Assembly (NCBI GenBank): GCA_947631525.1
Contig: CANRLQ010000001.1
Coordinates: 1 to 35,418 of the forward strand
Direction of reading: 5' to 3'
Length of the DNA stretch: 35,418 nt
Origin: an uncultured Bacilli bacterium
GTDB taxonomy: Bacteria; Bacillota_I; Bacilli_A; RF39; UBA660
Shown here: one piece after another, positions 7,565-16,035 of the stretch
Layout of the letters: every line of letters starts with the position of its first letter
Numbering within the stretch: the stretch's first letter is position 1
Program-made: the position numbers and the translations under genes
Notes under the pieces: generated by a model
Told to the model about the DNA's origin: nothing
Database searches by the model: none
The model's input: only the letters and a program-made list of their open reading frames with translations

Positions 7565-7798
7565 TTATTTTTTGGCTCTTTCTTGATTTTTACAAGAAGC
7601 ATAGTCTAAAGTATTTGCATTATCTGCACTTACTTGACATTTTCCACCCTTCCAGTATCCACCGCAAGCACTACAAGCCGCACTATTCTCTGTACTAGCC
7701 ATCATACTATTTACAATAATAGTACCTATTCCTAAAACTATTGCAATCAAAACAATTGTGATTACTGTCATATTTGCTTCTCCAGCTGCTTCTTTCAT
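7565..7798 (-). CDS. Flp-like major pilin candidate
   Basis: 77 aa. MKEAAG is followed by the hydrophobic EANMTVITIVLIAIVLGIGTIIV and a short Cys-rich head with 4 Cys. It has its own consensus promoter and follows tadC. It lacks the canonical Flp EY motif. Confidence 0.55.
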   Translation of the reverse strand: MKEAAGEANMTVITIVLIAIVLGIGTIIVNSMMASTENSAACSACGGYWKGGKCQVSADNANTLDYASCKNQERAKK

Positions 7799-7890
7799 TT
7801 TATCACTTTCCTTTCATATAAATATATAATAATTATCGTCATATTTTTATTGAAGTACAATTATCCTCTTTACTATATGACTACACTATT

Positions 7891-7919
7891 ATTATAACTC
7901 CATTTATTCTTTTTATCAA
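7891..7919 (-). promoter_or_regulatory. near-consensus sigma-A promoter (TTGATA, 17-nt spacer, TATAAT) for the Flp-like pilin gene
   Basis: The reverse complement of 7914..7919 is TTGATA and of 7891..7896 is TATAAT, with an exact 17-nt spacer. It starts 20 nt after the tadC stop and leaves a leader of about 85 nt before ATG 7798. Confidence 0.6.
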
Positions 7920-7938
7920 TATTTAAGTGTAAAATACT

Positions 7939-8727
7939 TTACATTCCCATCATACTCATCATTGCAATCATTAATAAGACTAATATTCCGCCACCAGTTG
8001 AGAATAACATCATCATTGTTTTATGTTCCATTGTTTCCAAACGATTTTTATATTTATCCTCACGCATTTTATTTTGTAATGTTGAAACACTCTTAGCAAA
8101 CATAACTAATTGTTCATGTTTATTTTCTTGAGCTCCTAAACTTAAACGATATAGAAGTCTCATCATACGCATAGAATCTCTAACAGGATACTCTTTAGCA
8201 AAATCCATATATGGTTCTACTGTAGAATCTCCAGCCTCAATACGTTCTATTAGTCTTGTAAGTCCAGATTTAAATATTTCTGGTGCTGTTTCAACACTTT
8301 TTGCTAATGCTACTGGAACAGTATAATGTTGAATTAAAATTTCCAAACTTTTTAGATAGTATGGTAACATTTGATTTATTTTATTTAAGTTACTTTTATA
8401 ATAAGCTTTTAAATTCATATATGGAATTTTAAAAACCAAATAACCTATTACTATAGAAAATATAACATTAATAAAGCTTAGATTAGAAAACATTAATATA
8501 ATTAAGAAACATCCAATTATAACTAGGGCATTTCTAATTCTTATTGAAAATAATTTATTAATATCTAAATCTTCACTACCATATTTAACATTAAGTAAAA
8601 ATGCATAATCATCTTCCATTAAAAATCTAAAATATGGTTCAATATCTCCTATAAATTTTTTTGAATCAATCATTCTATTGTAATTTAGTACAAATAATAT
8701 TATAGCTGCTATAAATATAAATTCCAT
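7939..8727 (-). CDS. tadC: TadC-like pilus platform membrane protein (GspF/T2SSF-like)
   Basis: 262 aa with TM helices at both ends. The central soluble region LPYYLKSLEILIQHYTVPVALAKSVETAPEIFKSGLTRLIERIEAGDS fits the T2SSF-type helical domain. The start is coupled to tadB by TAATG. Confidence 0.55.
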   Translation of the reverse strand: MEFIFIAAIILFVLNYNRMIDSKKFIGDIEPYFRFLMEDDYAFLLNVKYGSEDLDINKLFSIRIRNALVIIGCFLIILMFSNLSFINVIFSIVIGYLVFKIPYMNLKAYYKSNLNKINQMLPYYLKSLEILIQHYTVPVALAKSVETAPEIFKSGLTRLIERIEAGDSTVEPYMDFAKEYPVRDSMRMMRLLYRLSLGAQENKHEQLVMFAKSVSTLQNKMREDKYKNRLETMEHKTMMMLFSTGGGILVLLMIAMMSMMGM

Positions 8728-9629
8728 TATTCAGCCCCCACATTCTCATTATAATATTTTTCTCCATTAAGTAAGAACAATGTATTAATAATTATAATAG
8801 CGTGTAATAATAATTGAACAAATAAATTATCTAAAAGTGCTATATAAGATTCTACACCTAATAAAAATTGTACTAACATTACCATTAAATATAAAATTAT
8901 ACCAAATTGAAGAAATTTCTTATGGAAATTTGCTCTATCAATTCTATCACGATAAACTGCTTCAACAAGCATGTCTATATCCTGACTCATATTTTCTAAA
9001 GCATCTCCAGAATCTTTAGAACCTTCATTAGTAATTTGTAAGAATAATTGATGTGTATTTTTTACAATATAATAATCATATTTTTGATTAAAAAAGTTAA
9101 TTGACTCTTCTATTGTACCATTGTCATATGCTAAATCAATCATTAATTTAACATCACTTTTTACAGGATCTTCTAATACATCTGATTCATAAACACCTTC
9201 TAAGGCTTTAACAAACGCTTGGGTTGTCCCAAATTCCATTATAACATTGGTTGTATAAACTTGAATTTGTTCAAAGATAAATTCACTATATACTCTTTTA
9301 CATCTAAGATATGTAAGGTATGGAATTACTGCAACAGCAATTACTGCATATATAAATGAAACTATTAAACTATAAAAATATAAATAAGTTATAACAGCTG
9401 CACCAACTGCAAATACAACTATTTGTATAGTATATTGTCTTGTAGTATATTCTTGACCTAAATCTTTTACTTTTTCTCTTATTTCTTTAAAAGAATAAGG
9501 AGCATATTTATCATATATATTACCCGCTGTTTTTGAAATATATTTGTAAACACTTTCACCACTACTGTTTCGATAAGCAATTACAAATATAACAACAAAG
9601 GCAATTATTAAAAATACTATTAATTCCAA
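8727..9629 (-). CDS. tadB: TadB-like pilus platform membrane protein (GspF/T2SSF-like)
   Basis: 300 aa with an N-terminal TM, paired TMs, a soluble helical domain and C-terminal TMs. It lies immediately downstream of the ATPase. Confidence 0.55.
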   Translation of the reverse strand: MELIVFLIIAFVVIFVIAYRNSSGESVYKYISKTAGNIYDKYAPYSFKEIREKVKDLGQEYTTRQYTIQIVVFAVGAAVITYLYFYSLIVSFIYAVIAVAVIPYLTYLRCKRVYSEFIFEQIQVYTTNVIMEFGTTQAFVKALEGVYESDVLEDPVKSDVKLMIDLAYDNGTIEESINFFNQKYDYYIVKNTHQLFLQITNEGSKDSGDALENMSQDIDMLVEAVYRDRIDRANFHKKFLQFGIILYLMVMLVQFLLGVESYIALLDNLFVQLLLHAIIIINTLFLLNGEKYYNENVGAE

Positions 9630-9641
9630 TTTATTCCTCCT

Positions 9642-10637
9642 TTATTCTATATTTCCTACATTATTTTGCATGTTAGGATTATTTGTTTTGTTAATATAAT
9701 TTTGATTACTAATTTGACCATTTTGATTAATGCCATTTGGGTTAATACCGACATTTAATTTATTAGGTTGATTAGTTGACGTATTAATTCCTGTATTATT
9801 TAAATTATTAATATTACTTACTTGTTGCCCAACATTAATTTTTTGATTTGGATTTAAAGCTTTACTTTGATTTACTGTTTGTCCAGTATTTAAAGGTTGT
9901 CTATTGTTAACAATTTGTCCAACATTAACACCTTGAACACTTTGCAAACTTTGTGATGATTTTGTTTCACCTGATTTAATAACATCTTTAGGTAAAACTA
10001 CTCCTTGAGCATCCAAATAATCAATTAAATATTTTGATGGGCTTTTTCTAACCACATGTCCTGTTGTTGACTTTTTATAAATTGTATTTGTTCTTGCTTC
10101 GTTATCTTCAGTAACATAAAATTCTGTAACCTCAGCAATTTCACGTTTAAAACTTCTTGTTACTTTATCTTGATAAGCTCTGATATATACTCCAATTTGT
10201 ATATATCTATAAATTGATTTTAAAAATTGTTCTATATCTTGATTTGTTTCAAGTAAACTATACATACGGTTAGGTATAGATGATGCTTTATCAGCATGAA
10301 TTGTTGATAAAATATAATGTCCAGAAGATATAGAGTTACGTACTGCCATAACGGCCTCTGCACTACGAACTTCGGATAGTAATATCCATTTTGGATTTTG
10401 TCTCATACATGTTACTAAAACATCTGTATAAGAAGCTATATTATTTGTTTTCATAGCTACTATATCTCTATGTGGAAATATTCTATCTAAGTGAAGTTCC
10501 AAAGTATCTTCTATTGTAATTAATTTTTCATCTTCTCTTGTATGTGCTGCTAAATATTTAACAAACTCGGTTTTACCACTACCTGTTTCTCCACATACAA
10601 TTATGTTGCAATGTCCTAAAACACATTGAATCAACAT
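9642..10637 (-). CDS. tadA: TadA/CpaF/VirB11-family secretion ATPase, catalytic part, with a ~110-aa N/Q-rich tail
   Basis: Walker A is CGETGSGKT; other family motifs are ITIEDTLEL, ILLSEVRSAEA and STIHA. The frame is closed by a TAG at 10647..10649, four codons upstream of the ATG, so the N-domain lies in another frame. Confidence 0.8.
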   Translation of the reverse strand: MLIQCVLGHCNIIVCGETGSGKTEFVKYLAAHTREDEKLITIEDTLELHLDRIFPHRDIVAMKTNNIASYTDVLVTCMRQNPKWILLSEVRSAEAVMAVRNSISSGHYILSTIHADKASSIPNRMYSLLETNQDIEQFLKSIYRYIQIGVYIRAYQDKVTRSFKREIAEVTEFYVTEDNEARTNTIYKKSTTGHVVRKSPSKYLIDYLDAQGVVLPKDVIKSGETKSSQSLQSVQGVNVGQIVNNRQPLNTGQTVNQSKALNPNQKINVGQQVSNINNLNNTGINTSTNQPNKLNVGINPNGINQNGQISNQNYINKTNNPNMQNNVGNIE

Positions 10638-11001
10638 ATTGCTCTTCTAATAATTTCCCCTTTTCCAATCTTATTTTAGCAGGTGTTTTACGTATAACGG
10701 CAGCTATACCATTTTTAGCTATTGAATCATGAACGAAATTAAGACGAAGCTCTGCTCCTTCAGCATCCAAAAATGGTGAGGCCATATTAAACGATTTACC
10801 CATGCTATTGGCACATTGAAATGCTAACTTTTCCATAAATGCATTATTTACATTTGGATTTTCAACTCTAAAAAGTCCTTTTGATAAAGTTCTTAACCAA
10901 AGTTGGCCTCCATTGCTATATGAAATATCGGTAACATCATCACTTTGTAAATATTCTTTAAGTGGCCCAAAATCAATTTGGGCAAACATTGAATCAAACA
11001 T
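10579..11001 (-). CDS. tadA: TadA/CpaF/VirB11-family ATPase, N-terminal domain (separated from the catalytic part by a frameshift)
   Basis: VTDISYSNGGQLWL...LRLNFVHDSIAKNGIAAVIRK is the N-domain pattern of T2SSE/VirB11 ATPases. It ends in the out-of-frame tail CFRTLQHNCMWRNR and overlaps the catalytic ORF by 59 nt. Confidence 0.7.
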   Translation of the reverse strand: MFDSMFAQIDFGPLKEYLQSDDVTDISYSNGGQLWLRTLSKGLFRVENPNVNNAFMEKLAFQCANSMGKSFNMASPFLDAEGAELRLNFVHDSIAKNGIAAVIRKTPAKIRLEKGKLLEEQYVDSMCFRTLQHNCMWRNR

Positions 11002-11834
11002 TAATCTTCTTTATCTGTGTTAGTAGTTGTATCAGTTGTATTTGTGTTATCAATTTCATCATTAGCTACTGTATTAGCATTTATGAAATCTTTAAGTGTT
11101 TGAGAACTTACAGCTGTTTCTCCTTCTTCACTTGCAACTGTAGCACCATGTGGTACAGGGAATAATTCAACAGAATAAGAGCTCATATAACTTGCTTTTC
11201 TAAGTAAAATATTAATTTCAGGTACAACACCAAATATTAAATATGCTGGTGTTCTAGATTCTGCACTATTTTCAAATACATTTTTACCTGATGAATCTTT
11301 TACAGCTAAAATTTTAATATTTTCAACTAATTTACCAACCATAATTTTTCCACTTTTGTTTACGGCTTTCATGTAAATGTCAATGTAATTACCAGTATAC
11401 ATTGAGTTACCATAAGTAGTTGCTGTTGTAACTGGGAAGTTATATGGTACTTCACCTTCTTCAACTTCAACAAATGCTGAATCTGGTAATTCTTTTTCTT
11501 CAACAACTGTTTCATTGTAGAATAAACTTCCTGTTGGTATTACAGTATTATAATTACTATACTTACCAATTACCTTATTTGAATCTACATAAACTTCTCC
11601 TTTTTGAAGTACAATTGGTGCAACATCGATATAAGTTATCATATCAGGTGTTATCTTTGTTCTTGGTTGTATTGTTGTTGCTGCTACAGGTATATTTTTA
11701 ACAGGACTTACTTGTTTATTTATTTGATAACGATATCCTAAAAATAATACAAGAATAATTGCCAATACCCCTATGATTGTTACAGTATTTTTGTTTTTGA
11801 AAAAATTTTGTAACGTAATTTTTAAATTATTCAT
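11001..11834 (-). CDS. cpaB: CpaB/RcpC-like Flp pilus assembly protein
   Basis: 277 aa with an N-terminal TM. IPVAATTIQPRTKITPDMITYIDV is SAF-like. The C-terminal pattern IKILAVKD...PAYLIFGVVPEINILLRKASY matches CpaB. It is coupled to tadA by TAATG. Confidence 0.6.
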   Translation of the reverse strand: MNNLKITLQNFFKNKNTVTIIGVLAIILVLFLGYRYQINKQVSPVKNIPVAATTIQPRTKITPDMITYIDVAPIVLQKGEVYVDSNKVIGKYSNYNTVIPTGSLFYNETVVEEKELPDSAFVEVEEGEVPYNFPVTTATTYGNSMYTGNYIDIYMKAVNKSGKIMVGKLVENIKILAVKDSSGKNVFENSAESRTPAYLIFGVVPEINILLRKASYMSSYSVELFPVPHGATVASEEGETAVSSQTLKDFINANTVANDEIDNTNTTDTTTNTDKED

Positions 11835-11884
11835 TTTTTTCTCTCCTTTTCTATATATCTAACTTTGATTAACAAAGTTTAGAA

Positions 11885-12286
11885 CTAATATGGTGTTTCT
11901 AATATTGCATCTATTTTGTTGTCAATTGTAAAGTCAACAACTTCATTTGCAACAGTAGAAGTTTGTTTTGATCTCACCCTTAGACTTACTTTAGGTGGAT
12001 ATTCACTAATATCATAAATATCTATAACATATGTATTTGATAAAGATGCATTTTCTGCAAATCTTCTAACAAATATCTCTGCAAATTTTTCTCCATCTAT
12101 ACTAATATTCCCTGTTTTTGCATATTCAGCTTGATCAATAGCATCATACATTGCTGCTTCAGTTGTTTCTCTAAGCAATGTATAATTTTGCTGATCTGTA
12201 TTAGTAATATTTTGGAAGAAATATATAAAAACTATAGATGTAACTCCGAGCATTAAAATCATGCTCCCCCAAAATGATTCTTTCAT
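11885..12286 (-). CDS. 133-aa prepilin-like / N-terminally anchored protein, cassette A
   Basis: MKESFWG is followed by SMILMLGVTSIVFIYFF. By eye it is about two-thirds identical to 18564..18965. It follows the giant protein gene with an 18-nt gap. Confidence 0.6.
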   Translation of the reverse strand: MKESFWGSMILMLGVTSIVFIYFFQNITNTDQQNYTLLRETTEAAMYDAIDQAEYAKTGNISIDGEKFAEIFVRRFAENASLSNTYVIDIYDISEYPPKVSLRVRSKQTSTVANEVVDFTIDNKIDAILETPY

Positions 12287-12304
12287 TTATATTTCCTCCT
12301 TTAC

Positions 12305-15300
12305 TTATTTCCCATTAGGATATGTAGCTAAAGTTGATGATGAAGAATATTTTTCATAACAACTTCTAAGAGTTGAAGTAGTATCTGTGCTTGAACAATT
12401 TCCTCCAACTAATATACCTTTATATTGTCCACGTAAGAAATTACTACTAACGCAAGTGTTGTCATCACATGTATAATCACTTTTTGTTGGTGTATATGAA
12501 TGTTCTTTATTATAATTTCTTATGCTTTTAATATCTTCTGGAGTTAAATTAATTGTGTATAATATATTTCCATCATCTTTATATAAATTATCAGCTTCTA
12601 CAGTTCCATTATTTGACAATCTTGTATGAATTTTATTTTGAACCCACCATAAATTTCGCCAATTATAACCTGGAAAACGACCTATATTCGTAGTATCATA
12701 TGAAGTTACTTTACCTGAATAAGTCATACCTGGAAATGGATCTTTTAAATCTATAACTCTATATACTATTTTTTTACCTCCATATGGGCAAGTTTGTTCT
12801 TCACAAACAGCTAACGCTTCAGCAATTTGTGATTCATTTGCTGTTGAAGTAGTAAGTCCTTTCTTAGCTAATTCTAATTCTAAACAATATTCTGGATTAC
12901 CCATATCTTCACACTCACCTTCTGGTGGACATCCAGGACATCTATATCTAGTTTCACATATTTCACCATTAGCACATACTTTTTTCCATATAACAGCTTT
13001 TGTTCCCTCTGGTTGTATTGATTTCCAACTACAACTATCTGTATTACATACACTATTACACATTTTATTGTAACAATATTCAAAATCATCAGAAGCATAA
13101 TTTTGATATTTATCTATTTCTTTGCTAAGATTTTTAGATTTTTCTTCAGCTTGTTTTAAAGTTACTGTATTTCCTCTAACATTTAAATTAATTTTTCCTT
13201 TTTCTTGTTCTACTTCGTCATTAATTCTTTGAATTAATTTATTTACTTCATCTTTTAATTTATCATAATCGTTAAGACTTATTCGTGCTTCCTCATTTCT
13301 AACTGTAACATATTCAAGTGATGAAACTTTAATTTGTTTTTTACTTTCAAATTCAGAAACAGATTTTTTTAATTTTTCTAATTTTTGCTTATTTTTTTCA
13401 TTTCTTTCGCTTTGATAACTAGTTTTACATATGCTGCTTTCTATTCTATCTGTAATATTTTCTAATGTTAAATTATTATGAGTTCTATCTTCTATACAAT
13501 CTTCATATTCTTTTATTTCAGTTTCTAATTTTGTTATTTCTTTTATTGCATCGTTATAAGACATTGTTTCATAATCAACTTGTATTTCTCTTTTTGATTT
13601 CAGTTTTTCGATATCTTTTTCTAATTTTTCAATATCTTTATTTAATGTTTCAATAACATTTTTAGCTTGATTAATTGATGAAATAACAATACGATGAACA
13701 TAATCTGTCTGGATGGTATAACGAAATTCATTTGATGAGTTAGTATTTCTTATTGCTTGATCATAGTCATTTTTTAAATTTTGTGTAGAACTTAATAAAT
13801 TTCTACTATTAAAGCAATCTGTTAAATCAACTGTTTGATGATTATATTCACATGTACAATGTTTATAATTTTCATTTTCATATTGTTTTTTATATTCTTC
13901 AAATTCTTCACTTGATAAATAACATAATTTAGTTTGAGCATCTAAGCAAGCAAGATTTGAATTACCACCATTATTGCCAGGCTCCCCACTACATAATAAT
14001 AGCACATCAAGATTTTCTCCTGCCATAGGTGAAGAACTTGGACAAATACAATTATCTTCTCCTCCTACTTCATAAGAACAAGTATAATCAGTTATCTTAC
14101 TTCCAACATTATTATCTATACCTAAATTTAAATTTAATTTCAAATAATATTTACCACTAGCATTTTTAGAAATTGCTAATGAACCTTCTTTTCTATTTTG
14201 AATTAAAGGAAGAACTGCATTAGCATCGTTATTTGTAGAAAAGAATCTACCAGTTTGATCAATCCAAGAATTCAAATTTGCTGGTAATTTAAACCAAGAT
14301 GTTTGTGACATAGAAATTGATGAAGTACCTACTGAGATATTATTTTGTTTCGTAGAACTTAAAACTATTGGACTATTTCCATATTGTTCATCAGTATAAT
14401 TAACTGTAGCACCATTTTGATAGCTACTGTAATAGTCATTAACTAAATTTGTATTTGAAACACTTCCACAAGTAGCCGTAGTTCCCACTGGATCTGGATT
14501 AACAATTGTACAGCTAGTATTGATTGTTATCTTCATTCTATAAGAAGATAATTTATCGTTCCAATTACTAGTTGGCCATTCAAATGAAGTACCAGGTTTC
14601 ATTTGTTTTTTTACATTACCTGGTAATATCAGAGTAAAAGTATCTTTACAATAAACATTACATCCACCAGTTGTTGTACTAACAAATCGTCCATAATAAT
14701 TTGAACGTTGGCCTAAACTTTCATCACAAGAATTATTATCTGTTTTTACAGTATAAACAGACTCAAGAACCATTTTTTTATTATAGTCATCTGTACACTT
14801 TAAATTATTTGTTTTAGTTTGAATTGAATTAGACATACAGCAAGAATTACAATAAACATTTGTATATTGACTTACTATTCCATCTAATCTTCCACTTAAT
14901 GTTGCATTTGTTGGAGATGTTAATGAATTATCATACCAAAACTTAATATAATTTTTTATATCATAATTTTGTACTTTACCAACACAGTCAACAGGTTGAC
15001 ATGAATATTGAAAACAATTGTTTTCATATCGACATAAATCTTCAGCTTGTGCATCACTATATTTTTTATCCGTATATTTTTTTATACAATCTGTAATCTT
15101 AACTTGCCCTCCAGTTATAGGATTAGTACAATACCTATTTGCTGTACAATATAAATCTTTACAAGTAGATTTTGCATTTGCCTCACTTTGACCTGCATCA
15201 ACATAATTTTCAACACAAGTAGTTATATCCATTCCCTTATTTATTGCTGAATCATCAGGACATAAAATTTTATCAGGTGGTGGTATAGCAGCTGATATAT

Positions 15301-16021
15301 CTATAATATTCATACCACATCCCACATCATAATCTTTAGATGTCTCTAAATTATTTTCATTACTACAAAATTCCTTAGTTTTATATTTAATTCCAACATC
15401 TGTAAAATTAGTATAAAAAGCCGCTAACATATCTGAATATCTACTCCTACGTTGTTCTCCACCTTTAACCCTAATTTTTGTAACATTTTTTATTGTGTCA
15501 TAATAAATCGTACCTGAATTACCATTCATAACATATGTAACAACAGGTTCAATAACAATACGATATCCTTTTTTAGCATGTGGTGATTCCTTTTTAGCTG
15601 GTTCACTCTTTTTATAACTAGATTCTCCAGTTTTTTTGAACCATTTTTTGGCATTTTTCCAATCATTCTTTTTAAACCATTCTTTTATTTTCTTGCTTGC
15701 TTCTGCATATTCGGTATTACCAACACCTTTAAGTACCCCACTACTTTTATCTAATATATTTTTATCACCCCAGTTTTTATTAGACCAATATTCACTATAA
15801 TATTTTTTATAACTAGCACCATTTATCCAATATAGTGTAACCTTAACAGTTAAGTGATTGGCATTATTGTACATACAAGGGCCAGAAACACTAGAACAAC
15901 TAGCTCCACTTCCACTTACAACGTCACTACCTTCACCATTATATATCGATGCTGAAACATTAGTATTGCCTATAAAAGCTAATAAAATAAATACAAATAC
16001 AAATTTACATATTTTTTTCAT
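12305..16021 (-). CDS. giant secreted cysteine-rich protein A (1238 aa), function unknown, adhesin or pilus-associated candidate
   Basis: Sec signal MKKICKFVFVFILLAFIGNTNVSA. I hand-counted about 51 Cys. It shares blocks with 18980..22333, for example YYGRFVSTTTGGCNVYCKDTFTLILPGNV, YTCSYEV and IVYRVIDLKDPFPG...RFPGYNW. Confidence 0.8.
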   Translation of the reverse strand: MKKICKFVFVFILLAFIGNTNVSASIYNGEGSDVVSGSGASCSSVSGPCMYNNANHLTVKVTLYWINGASYKKYYSEYWSNKNWGDKNILDKSSGVLKGVGNTEYAEASKKIKEWFKKNDWKNAKKWFKKTGESSYKKSEPAKKESPHAKKGYRIVIEPVVTYVMNGNSGTIYYDTIKNVTKIRVKGGEQRRSRYSDMLAAFYTNFTDVGIKYKTKEFCSNENNLETSKDYDVGCGMNIIDISAAIPPPDKILCPDDSAINKGMDITTCVENYVDAGQSEANAKSTCKDLYCTANRYCTNPITGGQVKITDCIKKYTDKKYSDAQAEDLCRYENNCFQYSCQPVDCVGKVQNYDIKNYIKFWYDNSLTSPTNATLSGRLDGIVSQYTNVYCNSCCMSNSIQTKTNNLKCTDDYNKKMVLESVYTVKTDNNSCDESLGQRSNYYGRFVSTTTGGCNVYCKDTFTLILPGNVKKQMKPGTSFEWPTSNWNDKLSSYRMKITINTSCTIVNPDPVGTTATCGSVSNTNLVNDYYSSYQNGATVNYTDEQYGNSPIVLSSTKQNNISVGTSSISMSQTSWFKLPANLNSWIDQTGRFFSTNNDANAVLPLIQNRKEGSLAISKNASGKYYLKLNLNLGIDNNVGSKITDYTCSYEVGGEDNCICPSSSPMAGENLDVLLLCSGEPGNNGGNSNLACLDAQTKLCYLSSEEFEEYKKQYENENYKHCTCEYNHQTVDLTDCFNSRNLLSSTQNLKNDYDQAIRNTNSSNEFRYTIQTDYVHRIVISSINQAKNVIETLNKDIEKLEKDIEKLKSKREIQVDYETMSYNDAIKEITKLETEIKEYEDCIEDRTHNNLTLENITDRIESSICKTSYQSERNEKNKQKLEKLKKSVSEFESKKQIKVSSLEYVTVRNEEARISLNDYDKLKDEVNKLIQRINDEVEQEKGKINLNVRGNTVTLKQAEEKSKNLSKEIDKYQNYASDDFEYCYNKMCNSVCNTDSCSWKSIQPEGTKAVIWKKVCANGEICETRYRCPGCPPEGECEDMGNPEYCLELELAKKGLTTSTANESQIAEALAVCEEQTCPYGGKKIVYRVIDLKDPFPGMTYSGKVTSYDTTNIGRFPGYNWRNLWWVQNKIHTRLSNNGTVEADNLYKDDGNILYTINLTPEDIKSIRNYNKEHSYTPTKSDYTCDDNTCVSSNFLRGQYKGILVGGNCSSTDTTSTLRSCYEKYSSSSTLATYPNGK

Positions 16022-16035
16022 GTATAAATCACATC

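Noticed and set aside
11861-11879. A 7-bp hairpin (aactttg-attaa-caaagtt) between the 133-aa gene of cassette A and cpaB, considered as an attenuator or terminator.
   Set aside because: The stem is short and A/T-rich with no following T-tract on the transcribed strand. It is indistinguishable from chance in this composition.
13590-13650. A nucleotide-level tandem repeat encoding DIEKLEK-DIEKLKS.
   Set aside because: There are only two imperfect units inside a coiled-coil region. Heptad periodicity explains them, so this is not a separate repeat element.
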